Shown here: positions 39,948 through 54,505 of the stretch, one piece after another | Numbering within the stretch: the stretch's first letter is position 1 | Layout: every line of letters starts with the position of its first letter | Assembly: GCF_044324875.1 (NCBI RefSeq) | Contig: NZ_CP172185.1 | Reading direction: 5' to 3' (one strand) | DNA length: 64,000 bases | Source of the DNA: Escherichia coli | GTDB lineage: Bacteria > Pseudomonadota > Gammaproteobacteria > Enterobacterales > Enterobacteriaceae | Translations under genes and position numbers: made by a program | The notes under the pieces: model-generated | Database searches by the model: none | Told to the model about the DNA's origin: nothing | What the model saw: only the letters and a program-made list of their open reading frames with translations

Positions 39948-40595
39948 TCAGGGGTTCTGAAACTGCTCTACCTCGAACCATTCGCATAAGCCATACGCCT
40001 TGCCATAGGTCATAAATCGCTCGCTAAACAAGTACAACACCGCCGTCGATGACTCCACCTGCCGTATATCAGCATATTCAGGTGCAATATCCATCGCGGC
40101 GATCGCGGATTCGATCTGCGCTTCCTGGAAGTAATATGGCGCTTGCATCAGCATGGCGACTTTGTAAGGACGAGGATACGTCTGGCACTCAAAACGAACG
40201 GCGTGTGCAATGGCGCGACAAATGTCCTGCTCCACAACTTGCAAAGACATCGCCGCGTAGTTTTCACTCATGGCCTGAGTTGAGTAATAGTAATCATCCT
40301 GGCTTCCCGTCAAACAAGCGATATCCGCGTGGTCTCCGTTCTGCTTAATGCTTTCCAGCAAAACTGACAGTTCCTCTTCTGCAACCGAATAGGGTGGCGA
40401 AAGAAACACGGCGCGCGCCACCAGCTGCCCAGCCGCAGAATGCTGACGAATGAACTCTGCCAGGATTTCAGCAGGTTCTGGTTCGGTTACCGTATCAACG
40501 GGGTGACGCATCCCCTGCAACCATTGCCGCTTCGCCTCATCAACTTCGCTGACTTTCGCTAACGGCAATTCATCCTGATGGTTCATCTCACCCAT
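39948..40595 (-). CDS. ydhW: YdhW
   Basis: 215 aa; operon position. Confidence 0.8.
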   Translation of the reverse strand: MGEMNHQDELPLAKVSEVDEAKRQWLQGMRHPVDTVTEPEPAEILAEFIRQHSAAGQLVARAVFLSPPYSVAEEELSVLLESIKQNGDHADIACLTGSQDDYYYSTQAMSENYAAMSLQVVEQDICRAIAHAVRFECQTYPRPYKVAMLMQAPYYFQEAQIESAIAAMDIAPEYADIRQVESSTAVLYLFSERFMTYGKAYGLCEWFEVEQFQNP

Positions 40596-40598
40596 TCC

Positions 40599-43348
<2,750 letters not shown>

Positions 43349-43549
43349 TTATTTCGCATCCTCTTCGCAAACACAGTGCTGACAATTCAGCAGACTGATA
43401 TTAAGCATTCAACTAATACGCTGCTGACTCTGTCCCCAACACCAGATATTTTCCCTAACCCGATAGTGTATGAGAAAAGATTTAACGCTGATAAACTAAT
43501 CCTTTATGGTTAGGAGAAAAAATAATGTGATTATTCTGAGCTCTTAACA

Positions 43550-43563
43550 TTGATCGTTATCAA
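43550..43563 (-). promoter_or_regulatory. FNR-box-like palindrome upstream of ydhY
   Basis: TTGATCGTTATCAA matches TTGAT-N4-ATCAA exactly; AT-rich region. Confidence 0.5.
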
Positions 43564-43803
43564 TTAAAATCACTAAGCAAGAAATTATAAGTGAACTGAT
43601 ATTTATTATCATTTGAAATAAATTTAACTTAAACGACAATTATTTGTGACGTTCATTGCAGAAAATAAAAATAACATTATCGTTATAAATTAAAATACAT
43701 ACCGAAATTCGTATAATTTCAGCAGTTGTTATTTAGAATGATTAACTGGACCACAACTAAACTAACAATATCAGGATGAAGCTTACCGCCTCATCCTGAA
43801 TGG

Positions 43804-44013
43804 TCATTTTACCAGTGCGTTAATGACGGTTTCCATCGCCTGCTTTTCTAGCTCACTGCGCTGAATGCGTTTATTGGCTAATGCTGTACGTAACACGCCT
43901 GCGATAACAATATGCTTTGGTTCCTGCCCCAGATCGCGCATTTCCAGCACAACTTTACCGACAACTCTGCACATTTCTCGGTACAGTTCATCCTCTTTTG
44001 TCCGGTTTCCCAT
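43804..44013 (-). CDS. fumD: Fumarase D (YdhZ)
   Basis: 69 aa; K-12 synteny upstream of pykF. Confidence 0.8.
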   Translation of the reverse strand: MGNRTKEDELYREMCRVVGKVVLEMRDLGQEPKHIVIAGVLRTALANKRIQRSELEKQAMETVINALVK

Positions 44014-44569
44014 TCTTTATACCTATTTATCATGCCAACTATCAGCATATATCAATCTAACCAATTAAACAAAAACCAAACAAAATCAGACAAATAACGC
44101 GATAAATTATTTTAACTGTAGCAATTGAGCGATGATGTATTTATACACCGGATGAACTTTCACTTATCTTCACACTGACAACTTCGGCACCAGACGTTGC
44201 GCAAACAGCGAAGTTTTTGCGTAACCTTTTCCCTGGAACGTTAAATCTTTGATAACAATTTATTGTCTTACAAGTTGTATATTTTTTGAAACGCTGTTTT
44301 TGTTTTCCTTTTGGATTAATTTCAGCGTATAATGCGCGCCAATTGACTCTTGAATGGTTTCAGCACTTTGGACTGTAGAACTCAACGACTCAAAAACAGG
44401 CACTCACGTTGGGCTGAGACACAAGCACACATTCCTCTGCACGCTTTTTCGATGTCACCTATCCTTAGAGCGAGGCAACACCACTTTCGTAATACCGGAT
44501 TCGCTTTCCGGCAGTGCGCCCAGAAAGCAAGTTTCTCCCATCCTTCTCAACTTAAAGACTAAGACTGTC

Positions 44570-45982
44570 ATGAAAAAGACCAAAATTGTTTGCACCATCG
44601 GACCGAAAACCGAATCTGAAGAGATGTTAGCTAAAATGCTGGACGCTGGCATGAACGTTATGCGTCTGAACTTCTCTCATGGTGACTATGCAGAACACGG
44701 TCAGCGCATTCAGAATCTGCGCAACGTGATGAGCAAAACTGGTAAAACCGCCGCTATCCTGCTTGATACCAAAGGTCCGGAAATCCGCACCATGAAACTG
44801 GAAGGCGGTAACGACGTTTCTCTGAAAGCGGGTCAGACCTTTACTTTCACCACTGATAAATCTGTTATCGGCAACAGCGAAATGGTTGCGGTAACGTATG
44901 AAGGTTTCACTACTGACCTGTCTGTTGGCAACACCGTACTGGTTGACGATGGTCTGATCGGTATGGAAGTTACCGCCATTGAAGGTAACAAAGTTATCTG
45001 TAAAGTGCTGAACAACGGCGACCTGGGTGAAAACAAAGGTGTGAACCTGCCTGGCGTTTCCATTGCCCTGCCAGCACTGGCTGAAAAAGACAAACAGGAC
45101 CTGATCTTTGGTTGCGAACAAGGCGTAGACTTTGTCGCTGCTTCCTTTATTCGTAAGCGTTCTGACGTTATCGAAATCCGTGAGCACCTGAAAGCGCACG
45201 GCGGCGAAAACATCCACATCATCTCCAAAATCGAAAACCAGGAAGGCCTCAACAACTTCGACGAAATCCTCGAAGCCTCTGACGGCATCATGGTTGCGCG
45301 TGGCGACCTGGGTGTAGAAATCCCGGTAGAAGAAGTTATCTTCGCCCAGAAGATGATGATCGAAAAATGTATCCGTGCACGTAAAGTCGTTATCACTGCG
45401 ACCCAGATGCTGGATTCCATGATCAAAAACCCACGCCCGACTCGCGCAGAAGCCGGTGACGTTGCAAACGCCATCCTCGACGGTACTGACGCAGTGATGC
45501 TGTCTGGTGAATCCGCAAAAGGTAAATACCCGCTGGAAGCGGTTTCTATCATGGCGACCATCTGCGAACGTACCGACCGCGTGATGAACAGCCGTCTCGA
45601 GTTCAACAATGACAACCGTAAACTGCGCATTACCGAAGCGGTATGCCGTGGTGCCGTTGAAACTGCTGAAAAACTGGATGCTCCGCTGATCGTGGTTGCC
45701 ACCCAGGGCGGTAAATCTGCTCGCGCAGTACGTAAATACTTCCCGGATGCCACCATCCTGGCACTGACCACCAACGAAAAAACGGCTCATCAGTTGGTAC
45801 TGAGCAAAGGCGTTGTGCCGCAGCTGGTTAAAGAGATCACTTCTACTGATGATTTCTACCGTCTGGGTAAAGAACTGGCTCTGCAGAGCGGTCTGGCACA
45901 CAAAGGCGACGTCGTAGTTATGGTTTCTGGTGCACTGGTACCGAGCGGCACTACTAACACCGCATCTGTTCACGTCCTGTAA
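44570..45982 (+). CDS. pykF: Pyruvate kinase I
   Basis: 470 aa from [20 protein letters not shown]; N-terminal extension of track ORF rejected. Confidence 0.97.
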
Positions 45983-46011
45983 TATTGCTTTTGTGAATTA
46001 ATTTGTATATC

Positions 46012-46038
46012 GAAGCGCCCTGATGGGCGCTTTTTTTA
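46012..46038 (+). terminator. pykF terminator
   Basis: GAAGCGCCC-TGAT-GGGCGCT followed by T7. Confidence 0.75.
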
Positions 46039-46280
46039 TTTAATCGATAACCAGAAGCAATAAAAAATCAAATCGGATTTCACTATATAATCTCACTTTA
46101 TCTAAGATGAATCCGATGGAAGCATCCTGTTTTCTCTCAATTTTTTTATCTAAAACCCAGCGTTCGATGCTTCTTTGAGCGAACGATCAAAAATAAGTGC
46201 CTTCCCATCAAAAAAATATTCTCAACATAAAAAACTTTGTGTAATACTTGTAACGCTACATGGAGATTAACTCAATCTAG

Positions 46281-46529
<249 letters not shown>

Positions 46530-46545
46530 TAGTACCTGTGAAGTG

Positions 46546-46577
46546 AAAAATGGCGCACATTGTGCGCCATTTTTTTT
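46546..46577 (+). terminator. lpp terminator
   Basis: ATGGCGCACA/TGTGCGCCAT stem plus T7. Confidence 0.85.
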
Positions 46578-46592
46578 GCCTGCCATTTACCG

Positions 46593-47597
46593 CTACTGCG
46601 TCGCGCGTAACATATTCCCTTGCTCTGGTTCACCATTCTGCGCTGACTCTACTAAAGGCGCATTGCTGGCTGCGGGAGTTGCTCCACTGCTCACCGCAAC
46701 CGGATACCCTGCCCGACGATACAACGCTTTATCGACTAATTTCTGATCTACACCCTTATTGTCTTTAAATTGCGTAAAGCCTGCTGGCAGTGTGTATGGC
46801 ATTGTCTGAACGTTCTGCTGTTCTTCTGCTGATAGTGGTCGATGTACTTCAACATAACGCATCCCGTTCGGTTCCACGGAATATTTCACCGGTTCGTTGA
46901 TCACTTTCACCGGCGTTCCCGTCCGCACGCTGGAGAATAAGGCTTTAATATCCGGCGCATTCATGCGAATACAGCCCGAACTGACGCGCAAACCGACGCT
47001 GTCCGGCGCACTGGTGCCATGAATGAGGTATTCGCCATTACCATGCGCGAGGCGCAGTGCGTAACGTCCTAGTGGGTTATTTGGCCCGGCAGGAACGACT
47101 GGCGGTAATTTAATGCCACGCTCCAACGAACGCTGACGAATGCCCGCCGTAGGCGTCCAGGTTGGGTTAGGGATTTTCTGCCCCACACGCGTTTCCATCA
47201 CTGGCGTTTCCAGCCCCTGCAAACCAATACCTATCGGATAGACCTGCACGATATTTTCTCCCGGCGGATAATAATAAAGGCGCAGCTCTGCCAGGTTAAC
47301 GATAATCCCCTGACGCGGCGCATCAGGTAATAACAGTTGCGAAGGAATAGTTATCGTCGTACCAGGTTTTGGCACCGGGGCGATAGTGTTATTGGCTTCA
47401 AGGATCAACATTGCCGCAGTATCAAAACGTCGGGCGATGGCCTGAAGGTTTTTATCCCCTTCTTGCACCGTATACGTTTGATTTTGCCCAACCAGTCGGC
47501 TTCCGGTTGGAGGTAGCGGATAATCAACCGCCCAGGCAGCCTGGATGGCGCTAAAAGCGCCGATAAGCGTGAGTGTAAGCAAAGACGCGCGTTTCAT
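46593..47597 (-). CDS. ldtE: L,D-transpeptidase
   Basis: 334 aa with signal peptide and YkuD-type domain; K-12 synteny (ynhG). Confidence 0.9.
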   Translation of the reverse strand: MKRASLLTLTLIGAFSAIQAAWAVDYPLPPTGSRLVGQNQTYTVQEGDKNLQAIARRFDTAAMLILEANNTIAPVPKPGTTITIPSQLLLPDAPRQGIIVNLAELRLYYYPPGENIVQVYPIGIGLQGLETPVMETRVGQKIPNPTWTPTAGIRQRSLERGIKLPPVVPAGPNNPLGRYALRLAHGNGEYLIHGTSAPDSVGLRVSSGCIRMNAPDIKALFSSVRTGTPVKVINEPVKYSVEPNGMRYVEVHRPLSAEEQQNVQTMPYTLPAGFTQFKDNKGVDQKLVDKALYRRAGYPVAVSSGATPAASNAPLVESAQNGEPEQGNMLRATQ

Positions 47598-47745
47598 TGT
47601 AAACCTCCTGTATTTGCCGGAGACTCACGCTGAAACGTCGGATGGCACTTATGTTCACCTGAAACCGAAACACTCCTGTGCAGGTCAGTGTAAACATTGA
47701 CCATCCGGCAATGTGAGCCAACCGGATGAAAGCTGTCCCTTTAGT

Positions 47746-48162
47746 TTAGCTAAGTGCAGCGGCTTTGGCGCGAATTGCGCGAATCATCGCTTCCAGACCT
47801 TGTGAACGAGATGGGGTGAGATGTTGGGTGAGCGCCATTTTTTCAAACCACGGACGCACATCGAAATTGACAATATCCTGCGGCGTCATTTGATCATAGA
47901 GAATAAAGACGACCGCAATAAGCCCTTTCACAATCGCCGCATCGCTATCGCCCTGTAATTCAATAATTCCCTGGGCATTCTGACGCATCACAATCCACAC
48001 CTGACTCTGGCAACCCTGAATGCTATTTTGTGGGCTTCGGTCTTCGTCGCGTAATTCTGGCAGACGCTGGCCCAGCTCAATAATGTAGAGATATTTCTCT
48101 TCCCAGTTGGCGCAGCGTAAAAAATTACGCAGCAATTTTTCTTTATCCGGCAATAAAGCCAT
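47746..48162 (-). CDS. sufE: Cysteine desulfuration protein SufE
   Basis: 138 aa; suf operon order. Confidence 0.95.
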
Positions 48163-48174
48163 AGTGCCTCCCTG

Positions 48175-49395
48175 TTATCCCAGCAAACGGTGAATACGTT
48201 GCAGGCCGGTCACCAGACGATCCACTTCTTCATGGGTGTTATACATGGCCAGCGACGCCCGACACATAGCAGGAACGTTGTAATAGGCCATTAATGGCAT
48301 AGCGCAGTGATGTCCGGTACGCACAGCAATGCCGTAGTTATCGAGAAAACTGCCAACATCATAGGCGTGGTGTTTACCGAGATTAAAAGCAATAACGCCA
48401 AGCCTGTTCTGCGGGCCATAGAGAGTGAGATCCGGTACAGATTCCAGCTGTGATAGCGCGTAGTGCATCAGATTCTGTTCATACTCGGCTATGTTATTAA
48501 GCCCCAGCGCCGAAACATACTCCAGCGCCGCGCCAAGACCAATGATGCCCCCGGTATTGGGTGTACCGGCTTCAAACCGCCAAGGTGCTTTGGTCCAGGT
48601 AGTGCCTTCACTCAGGCTGACGGTGGCGATCATAGAACCGCCCCCTTCCCACGGCGGCATCTCCTGCAACAAGGCTTCTTTGACATAAAGAATGCCAATC
48701 CCGGTGGGGCCATACAGTTTATGCCCGGAAAACACGTAAAAATCGCAATCCAGCGCCTGAACATCCACCGGATGATGCATCACCGCCTGAGCGCCATCCA
48801 CCAGCACTTTTGCGCCATGCTGGTGCGCAAGCGTGATCATTTCCGCCAGCGGATTTTCCGTTCCCAGCACGTTGGAGACATGAGTAATTGCCAGCAGGCG
48901 AGTTTTCTCATCGAACAGATTAGGTAGCATCTCCAGTTGCAGCGTACCGTCGGGGTTGAGCGGGATCACACGCAGCTCTGCGCCAACGCGTGCGCAAAGC
49001 ATCTGCCAGGGTACAATGTTAGCGTGGTGCTCCATCTGACTGATGATGATGTTATCGCCCGCCCGCACATTGCTGTTACCCCAGCTATTGGCGACCAGAT
49101 TGATCCCTTCCGTCGTGCCGCGGACGAACACCAGCTCTTCCGCCGAACGGGCATTAATAAACAGCGATGCCCGCTTGCGCACGTTCTCCATTTTCTCGGT
49201 CGCCTGGGCGCTTAAGGTATGAATACCGCGATGCACCGCGGCGTAGCCGTGACGATAAAACTCGGCCTCGGCGTCAATTACCTGGCTCGGTTTCTGCGCA
49301 CTGGCGGCGCTGTCGAGATAAGCCAGCGGCAAACCGTTTACCTCACGAGAAAGCACCGGAAAGTCGGCCCGCACTTTGTCGACGGAAAAAGTCAT
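48175..49395 (-). CDS. sufS: Cysteine desulfurase SufS
   Basis: 406 aa PLP-dependent aminotransferase class V. Confidence 0.95.
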
Positions 49396-50663
49396 CTTGC
49401 ACCTCCTGGCAGTCGTTGACCGATTCGGGCCAGCACCTGCTGTTTAAGCCCCTCATCACGCAGTGCTTCCGTCAGTTCAGCAGCAAAGGCGTAGATGATC
49501 ATCTGCTGGGCATCCTGCTGATTGATCCCGCGCGAGCGCAGATAAAACATCTGTTCGTCATCAATACGCCCCACCGTCGCGCCGTGGCTGCATTTCACAT
49601 CATCTGCATAGATTTCCAGCTGCGGTTTCGTATCCACTTCCGCCAGTTTGCCCATCAGCAGATTATTGTTGGTCATCTGACCATCCGTTTTGATGGCGTG
49701 CTGCGCGACGTTGATCAAACCGTTAAATACCGCGCGGCCTTTGTCGCTGACGATAGTTTTGTGCAACTGTCGGCTGTTACAAAAACCTTTATTGTGTTCC
49801 AGCCAGGTACGAGTATCACACACCTCGTTTTTCACCGGCATCGCCAGGCTATTGATCCGCAGCGTGCTGTTTTCGCCATTGAGTTGCGTACTGGTGTTGT
49901 GTCGTAACACTGCGCCACCCAGCAGGAAACTGTGGCTAAATGCGGTGGCATCGTCAGCCAGCAACAAATCGTTATGAGCAAAGTGGTGACTGAGCGGGTT
50001 TTCAAACGCCAGCTTGATATGCTGCAAGTGGGCGTTCGCTGCGACGTTGATAGTGAACCGTGCGCCGGTGAAGTGACGAGCATCATTAAGGCTGACAAAA
50101 TGTTCGATCACCGTTGCTTCGGCACCTTCCGCCAGATCCAGATGATGTCGGTAATGGGCAGTGTTCACCTCTTCACCTGCCACGCCCTGGGTGATATGCA
50201 TTAACAGCAATGGCTTTGCCGGTCGTTGACCGCGCTTCACGACGATATGCGTCACGCTTTGTGCCAGGCTTTCCGTCAAATGCAGAAACACTTCCGCCTG
50301 AATAGCGTCGGGTAACCCCTGGCGGTCATCGTTAATGCTCACTTCATATCCGCTACCTTCAGTTGCATCGCTCAGTGCTGACACGTAACGTCCATCGACA
50401 AACACCAGCCGCACAGCGTCTAACGTTAACGCTAAGGCATCTCGCTGCTGTGGGGATATCTCTCCCGCAATGCAGACAAACTGGCTATTGGTCAGCCCTT
50501 CCAGCGGCGTATATTTCCAGTTTTCATGTTTCCGTGTCGGCAGTCCGGTACGCAGCAATTGTTGTAAATGCTGCTGTGCTTGCGGGGAGCGTTTTGCACC
50601 CTCGGCTTCAAACAAATGATGCCACTGTTGCAGCGCGTTACTACTGTTCGGTAAGCCAGCCAT
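49392..50663 (-). CDS. sufD: Fe-S cluster assembly protein SufD
   Basis: 423 aa; operon order. Confidence 0.95.
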
Positions 50664-51384
50664 AACCCTGCTCCTCCAGTTGTTTGACCAACGTGAAATC
50701 TCCGGATTTCACAATTCGTCCCTGATACAGCACATGGACGTAATCAGGCTTGATGTAGTCGAGAATGCGTTGGTAGTGCGTAACAATGATGAATGAACGC
50801 TTGCCGTCACGCAGCGAGTTCACGCCATCGGCAACCACTTTTAATGCGTCAATATCCAGCCCGGAGTCCGACTCATCAAGAATGCATAACTCCGGTTCCA
50901 GCACCGCCATTTGCAAAATATCGTTGCGCTTTTTCTCGCCGCCGGAAAAACCAACGTTTACCGAACGGGTTAATAAATCCTCCGGCATCTTCAGGAGAGC
51001 GATTTTCTCTTCCATCAAATCCTGAAAATCAAAGCGGTCGAGCGTTTCCTGGCCGCGATAGCTGCGCACCGCATTAAGTGCCGTTTGCAGGAAAAACTGG
51101 TTACTGACGCCGGGAATTTCCACCGGATACTGGAAGGCCATAAAGATGCCTTCACCTGCACGATCTTCCGGCGACAGCGCAAGCAAATCTTTGCCTTTGA
51201 ACTCAACTGCGCCGCCCGTCACCTCATAATCTTCTCGCCCGGCAAGCGTTGCCGATAAGGTACTTTTGCCAGAACCGTTTGGCCCCATAATGGCGTGAAC
51301 TTCGCCGGGACGAACGTCGAGGCTTAATCCACGCAGGATAGCTTTATCTTCCACGCTGACGTGTAAATCTTTAATACTTAACAT
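50641..51384 (-). CDS. sufC: Fe-S cluster assembly ATPase SufC
   Basis: ABC ATPase with Walker A GPNGSGKST. Confidence 0.95.
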   Translation of the reverse strand: MLSIKDLHVSVEDKAILRGLSLDVRPGEVHAIMGPNGSGKSTLSATLAGREDYEVTGGAVEFKGKDLLALSPEDRAGEGIFMAFQYPVEIPGVSNQFFLQTALNAVRSYRGQETLDRFDFQDLMEEKIALLKMPEDLLTRSVNVGFSGGEKKRNDILQMAVLEPELCILDESDSGLDIDALKVVADGVNSLRDGKRSFIIVTHYQRILDYIKPDYVHVLYQGRIVKSGDFTLVKQLEEQGYGWLTEQ

Positions 51385-51393
51385 GTTTATTCC

Positions 51394-52881
51394 TTATCCG
51401 ACGCTGTGTTCAAGACTGATGGCGAGGAGTTTTTGTGCTTCAACGGCAAATTCCAGCGGCAGTTCTGAGAACACGTCTTTGCAGAAACCGTTAACAATCA
51501 TCGAGATGGCGTCTTCTTCGCTGATCCCGCGTTGCAGGCAGTAAAACAGTTGATCTTCACCAATACGTGATGTCGTTGCCTCGTGCTCCAGTTGTGCGCT
51601 GTTATTGCGACATTCGACATACGGGAAGGTATGCGCCCCACAATTAGCGCCAATCAGCATTGAGTCGCACTGAGTGAAATTGCGCGCATTGGTTGCCGTC
51701 GGCATGATTTTCACTAAGCCGCGATAACTGTTCTGACTATGTCCGGCAGAGATCCCTTTCGAGATAATGGTCGATTTGGTGTTTTTACCGATGTGGATCA
51801 TCTTGGTGCCGGTATCCGCTTGCTGATGACCGCTGGTCAGTGCCACTGAGTAAAACTCACCAATGGAGTTATCGCCGCGCAAAATGCAGCTGGGATATTT
51901 CCACGTAATCGCTGACCCGGTTTCTGATTGCGTCCATGACATTTTGCTGTTTTCGCCTTCGCACAAAGCACGCTTGGTGACGAAGTTGAGAATACCGCCG
52001 GTGTTGTTATCGCCAGGGAACCAGTTTTGTACCGTGGAATATTTCACCTCGGCGTTTTTATGGATGATGACTTCCACCACCGCCGCGTGTAACTGATAGC
52101 TGTCACGCACCGGAGCGGAACAGCCTTCAATGTAGCTGACGTAGCTGTCTTCGTCGGCCACCAGAATGGTGCGCTCAAACTGCCCGGTTTTTTCCGCGTT
52201 AATACGAAAATAGGTGGAAAGTTCCATCGGGCAGCGCACGCCTTTAGGCACATAAATAAACGTACCGTCAGAGGCTACCGCCGCATTAAGTGCGGCAAAG
52301 AAGTTGTCATTCCCCGGCACCACGGTGCCGAGATATTTACGCACCAGTTCCGGGTGATCGTGGATCGCCTCGCCAAAGGAACAGAAAATAATTCCCTGCT
52401 CCGCCAGTTTTTCGCGATAAGTGGTGGCAACCGAAACAGAGTCGAAAATGGCATCCACCGCCACCTCTTTGCCTTCCCGCACGGGAACGCCCAACTGCTC
52501 AAACGCCGCCTCCACCTCTTTACTTAAAAAGGCGTTCGCGCCAGTTTGCTGCACCGCGCCGGGTTCAGACGCGCAGTTGTCGTCACAATTACCGCACGAT
52601 GGTGCTGAGTAGTAGCTGTAATCCTGATAATTCAGCTTGTCGTAGTGCGCTTTCAACCAGTGCGGCTCTTCCATCTCCAGCCATGCGCGATAGGCGTTGA
52701 GACGAAACTCCAGCATCCACTCCGGCTCATTACGCTTCGCCGAAATTGCGCGCACCACCTCTTCGTTTATCCCCTTTGCCAGCTCATCGGTGGCTAACTG
52801 GGTGAAGAATCCTTCTTTATAATTCAGCGGGCCGCCGGTCCAGGTTTTGACATCGTCAGTTGCTTCAGTATTACGAGACAT
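51394..52881 (-). CDS. sufB: Fe-S cluster assembly scaffold SufB
   Basis: Start placed at [11 protein letters not shown] (495 aa). Confidence 0.93.
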   Translation of the reverse strand: MSRNTEATDDVKTWTGGPLNYKEGFFTQLATDELAKGINEEVVRAISAKRNEPEWMLEFRLNAYRAWLEMEEPHWLKAHYDKLNYQDYSYYSAPSCGNCDDNCASEPGAVQQTGANAFLSKEVEAAFEQLGVPVREGKEVAVDAIFDSVSVATTYREKLAEQGIIFCSFGEAIHDHPELVRKYLGTVVPGNDNFFAALNAAVASDGTFIYVPKGVRCPMELSTYFRINAEKTGQFERTILVADEDSYVSYIEGCSAPVRDSYQLHAAVVEVIIHKNAEVKYSTVQNWFPGDNNTGGILNFVTKRALCEGENSKMSWTQSETGSAITWKYPSCILRGDNSIGEFYSVALTSGHQQADTGTKMIHIGKNTKSTIISKGISAGHSQNSYRGLVKIMPTATNARNFTQCDSMLIGANCGAHTFPYVECRNNSAQLEHEATTSRIGEDQLFYCLQRGISEEDAISMIVNGFCKDVFSELPLEFAVEAQKLLAISLEHSVG

Positions 52882-52889
52882 AGTACCGC

Positions 52890-53258
52890 CTATACCCCAA
52901 AGCTTTCGCCACAGCCACATTCATTCTGGGCTTTAGGGTTGTGAAATTTGAATATCTGATTAAGTCCTTCACGAACGAAATCGACTTCCGTGCCATCAAT
53001 AAACGGCATCGCTTGCAGCGGGACAAACAGCTTCGCGCCGTCGTGTTCAAACAGCAGATCGTCTTTGTCCGGCTCGCTAACACTGTCGAGCACATAGCCA
53101 AAGCCCGCGCAGCCCGTTTGCTTCACGCCTAAGCGCACGCCGACCATACCCGGCTGCTTTGCCACCAGCTCGCGTATGTGGACAGCGGCTGCGGGTGTCA
53201 GCGTTAAGCCCTGCCAGGCGAAATCCTGTGGATTAAAGGTTCCTGAATGCATGTCCAT
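52890..53258 (-). CDS. sufA: Fe-S cluster A-type carrier SufA
   Basis: 122 aa with C-terminal CGCGESF motif. Confidence 0.95.
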   Translation of the reverse strand: MDMHSGTFNPQDFAWQGLTLTPAAAVHIRELVAKQPGMVGVRLGVKQTGCAGFGYVLDSVSEPDKDDLLFEHDGAKLFVPLQAMPFIDGTEVDFVREGLNQIFKFHNPKAQNECGCGESFGV

Positions 53259-53300
53259 CGATTTACCTCACTTCATCGCTTTCAGCGTATAACAGCATGT

Positions 53301-53320
53301 TAGTGATAATGATTATCAGT
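53301..53320 (-). promoter_or_regulatory. Fur box in sufA promoter
   Basis: TGATAATGATTATCA about 45-60 bp upstream of sufA start. Confidence 0.6.
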
Positions 53321-53534
53321 TCAACCCAGCAAACGCAGGGGCTTTACCGTAAAACATGCTTTTTTCCTGCTTTTAATAAGCATAGACCCTGATGTGTGGG
53401 TTAACAGGCACGCTAAGAATTAGGTATCTCATTGTTAGATAATGATTATTATCTAAGGAGCATTAAGGCTGTGATGAAAAAGAAAAAGTTGTATTGAAAA
53501 TGACTATTTAAGAGATAGGTAAAAAAGTGCAGCG

Positions 53535-53605
53535 TTCAGAAATAAGAAAACCCTTAAGTCTGTGCGACACAGGCTTAAGGGTTTCTACCCCATCCGGCGC
53601 TTATC
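53535..53605 (-). ncRNA. Candidate small RNA (possibly rydB) ending in a minus-strand intrinsic terminator
   Basis: Perfect palindrome AAACCCTTAAG...CTTAAGGGTTT at 53549-53589 followed on the minus strand by UUCUUAUUUCU; the rydB assignment is from memory of its K-12 location, not its sequence. Confidence 0.3.
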
Positions 53606-53806
53606 TCCGGCACTCTCAGTGGCTTAGCTCTTGAAGGGGCGATAAGAATAATCTCATAAAGCTAACCCGCCGTTTTAACACAAACTGCGATTAGTATTAT
53701 TTTTGAACAATATCAGGCGGGTAGATAAGCAGTATTAAGAAGGTCATCGAACCTGGACGGAGGTTAATCCAGGTCGATTTGGCGAAATTGCGGCATTAAG
53801 TCAGGA

Positions 53807-53995
53807 TCAATGCACGCCCAGACGCCAGGCAAAGTAGATTTCTTCTTTTAATTCAGCAGAAGAGAGAGTAAGCAGGTCAGCAAATTCAAGTTCTAGTTGT
53901 TTCAGACGTTTGAGATATTGGGCAGGTGAAAGATTGCTCTGGTCACGGCGTAAAAATTCAATGGCCAGCTGGGTGGGATCAAGTTGAGTAGACAT
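53807..53995 (-). CDS. ydiH: Small protein YdiH
   Basis: 62 aa from MSTQLDPTQLAIEFL; upstream part of track ORF rejected. Confidence 0.7.
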   Translation of the reverse strand: MSTQLDPTQLAIEFLRRDQSNLSPAQYLKRLKQLELEFADLLTLSSAELKEEIYFAWRLGVH

Positions 53996-54094
53996 AGCAT
54001 CCTCGCTTTTAGACAAGACCTGCACAGTATACCACCGTTTACTGTGCAGATAATGACCAAAAGCAATATGCGTCACACTTTTCTGGTGACAACG

Positions 54095-54505
54095 TCACAA
54101 AATGGCGGTCGTCAATCGTGACGAACAGCACAAACGCCCTTTCTCATCGAAGATTTCAATCTGCCAGACCTGGTGACGCGAACCGAGATGCAACGGTTTG
54201 CATACGCCGCGCACCCGCCCTTCTCGTGCCGAGCGGACGTGGTTAGCATTGATTTCCAGACCAACCACCTTTTGCTCACCTTCGGTACATAAATAACCGG
54301 CAACGGAACCGATACTTTCGGCCAGTACCACGGATGCCCCTCCATGCAGCAACCCGAAAGGCTGCTTTGTCCGCGAGTCTACTGGCATTGTCGCTTCAAG
54401 GGTGTCATCACCAATATGTTCAAAGCGAATATCCAGCAACCCCACCATGTTTCCTTCACCCATGGCATTCAGTGCTTCCAGGGTGATTTTTCGTTTCCAT
54501 ATCAT
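54095..54505 (-). CDS. menI: 1,4-dihydroxy-2-naphthoyl-CoA thioesterase (hotdog fold)
   Basis: 136 aa; K-12 synteny (ydiI). Confidence 0.9.
   Translation of the reverse strand: MIWKRKITLEALNAMGEGNMVGLLDIRFEHIGDDTLEATMPVDSRTKQPFGLLHGGASVVLAESIGSVAGYLCTEGEQKVVGLEINANHVRSAREGRVRGVCKPLHLGSRHQVWQIEIFDEKGRLCCSSRLTTAIL

Noticed and set aside
44354-44569. N-terminal 72-codon extension of the pykF track ORF
   Set aside because: Pyruvate kinase starts at [12 protein letters not shown] (44570); the upstream part is leader sequence.
44627-45973. 448-aa and 313-aa minus-strand ORFs
   Set aside because: Antisense to pykF, which is unambiguous on the + strand.
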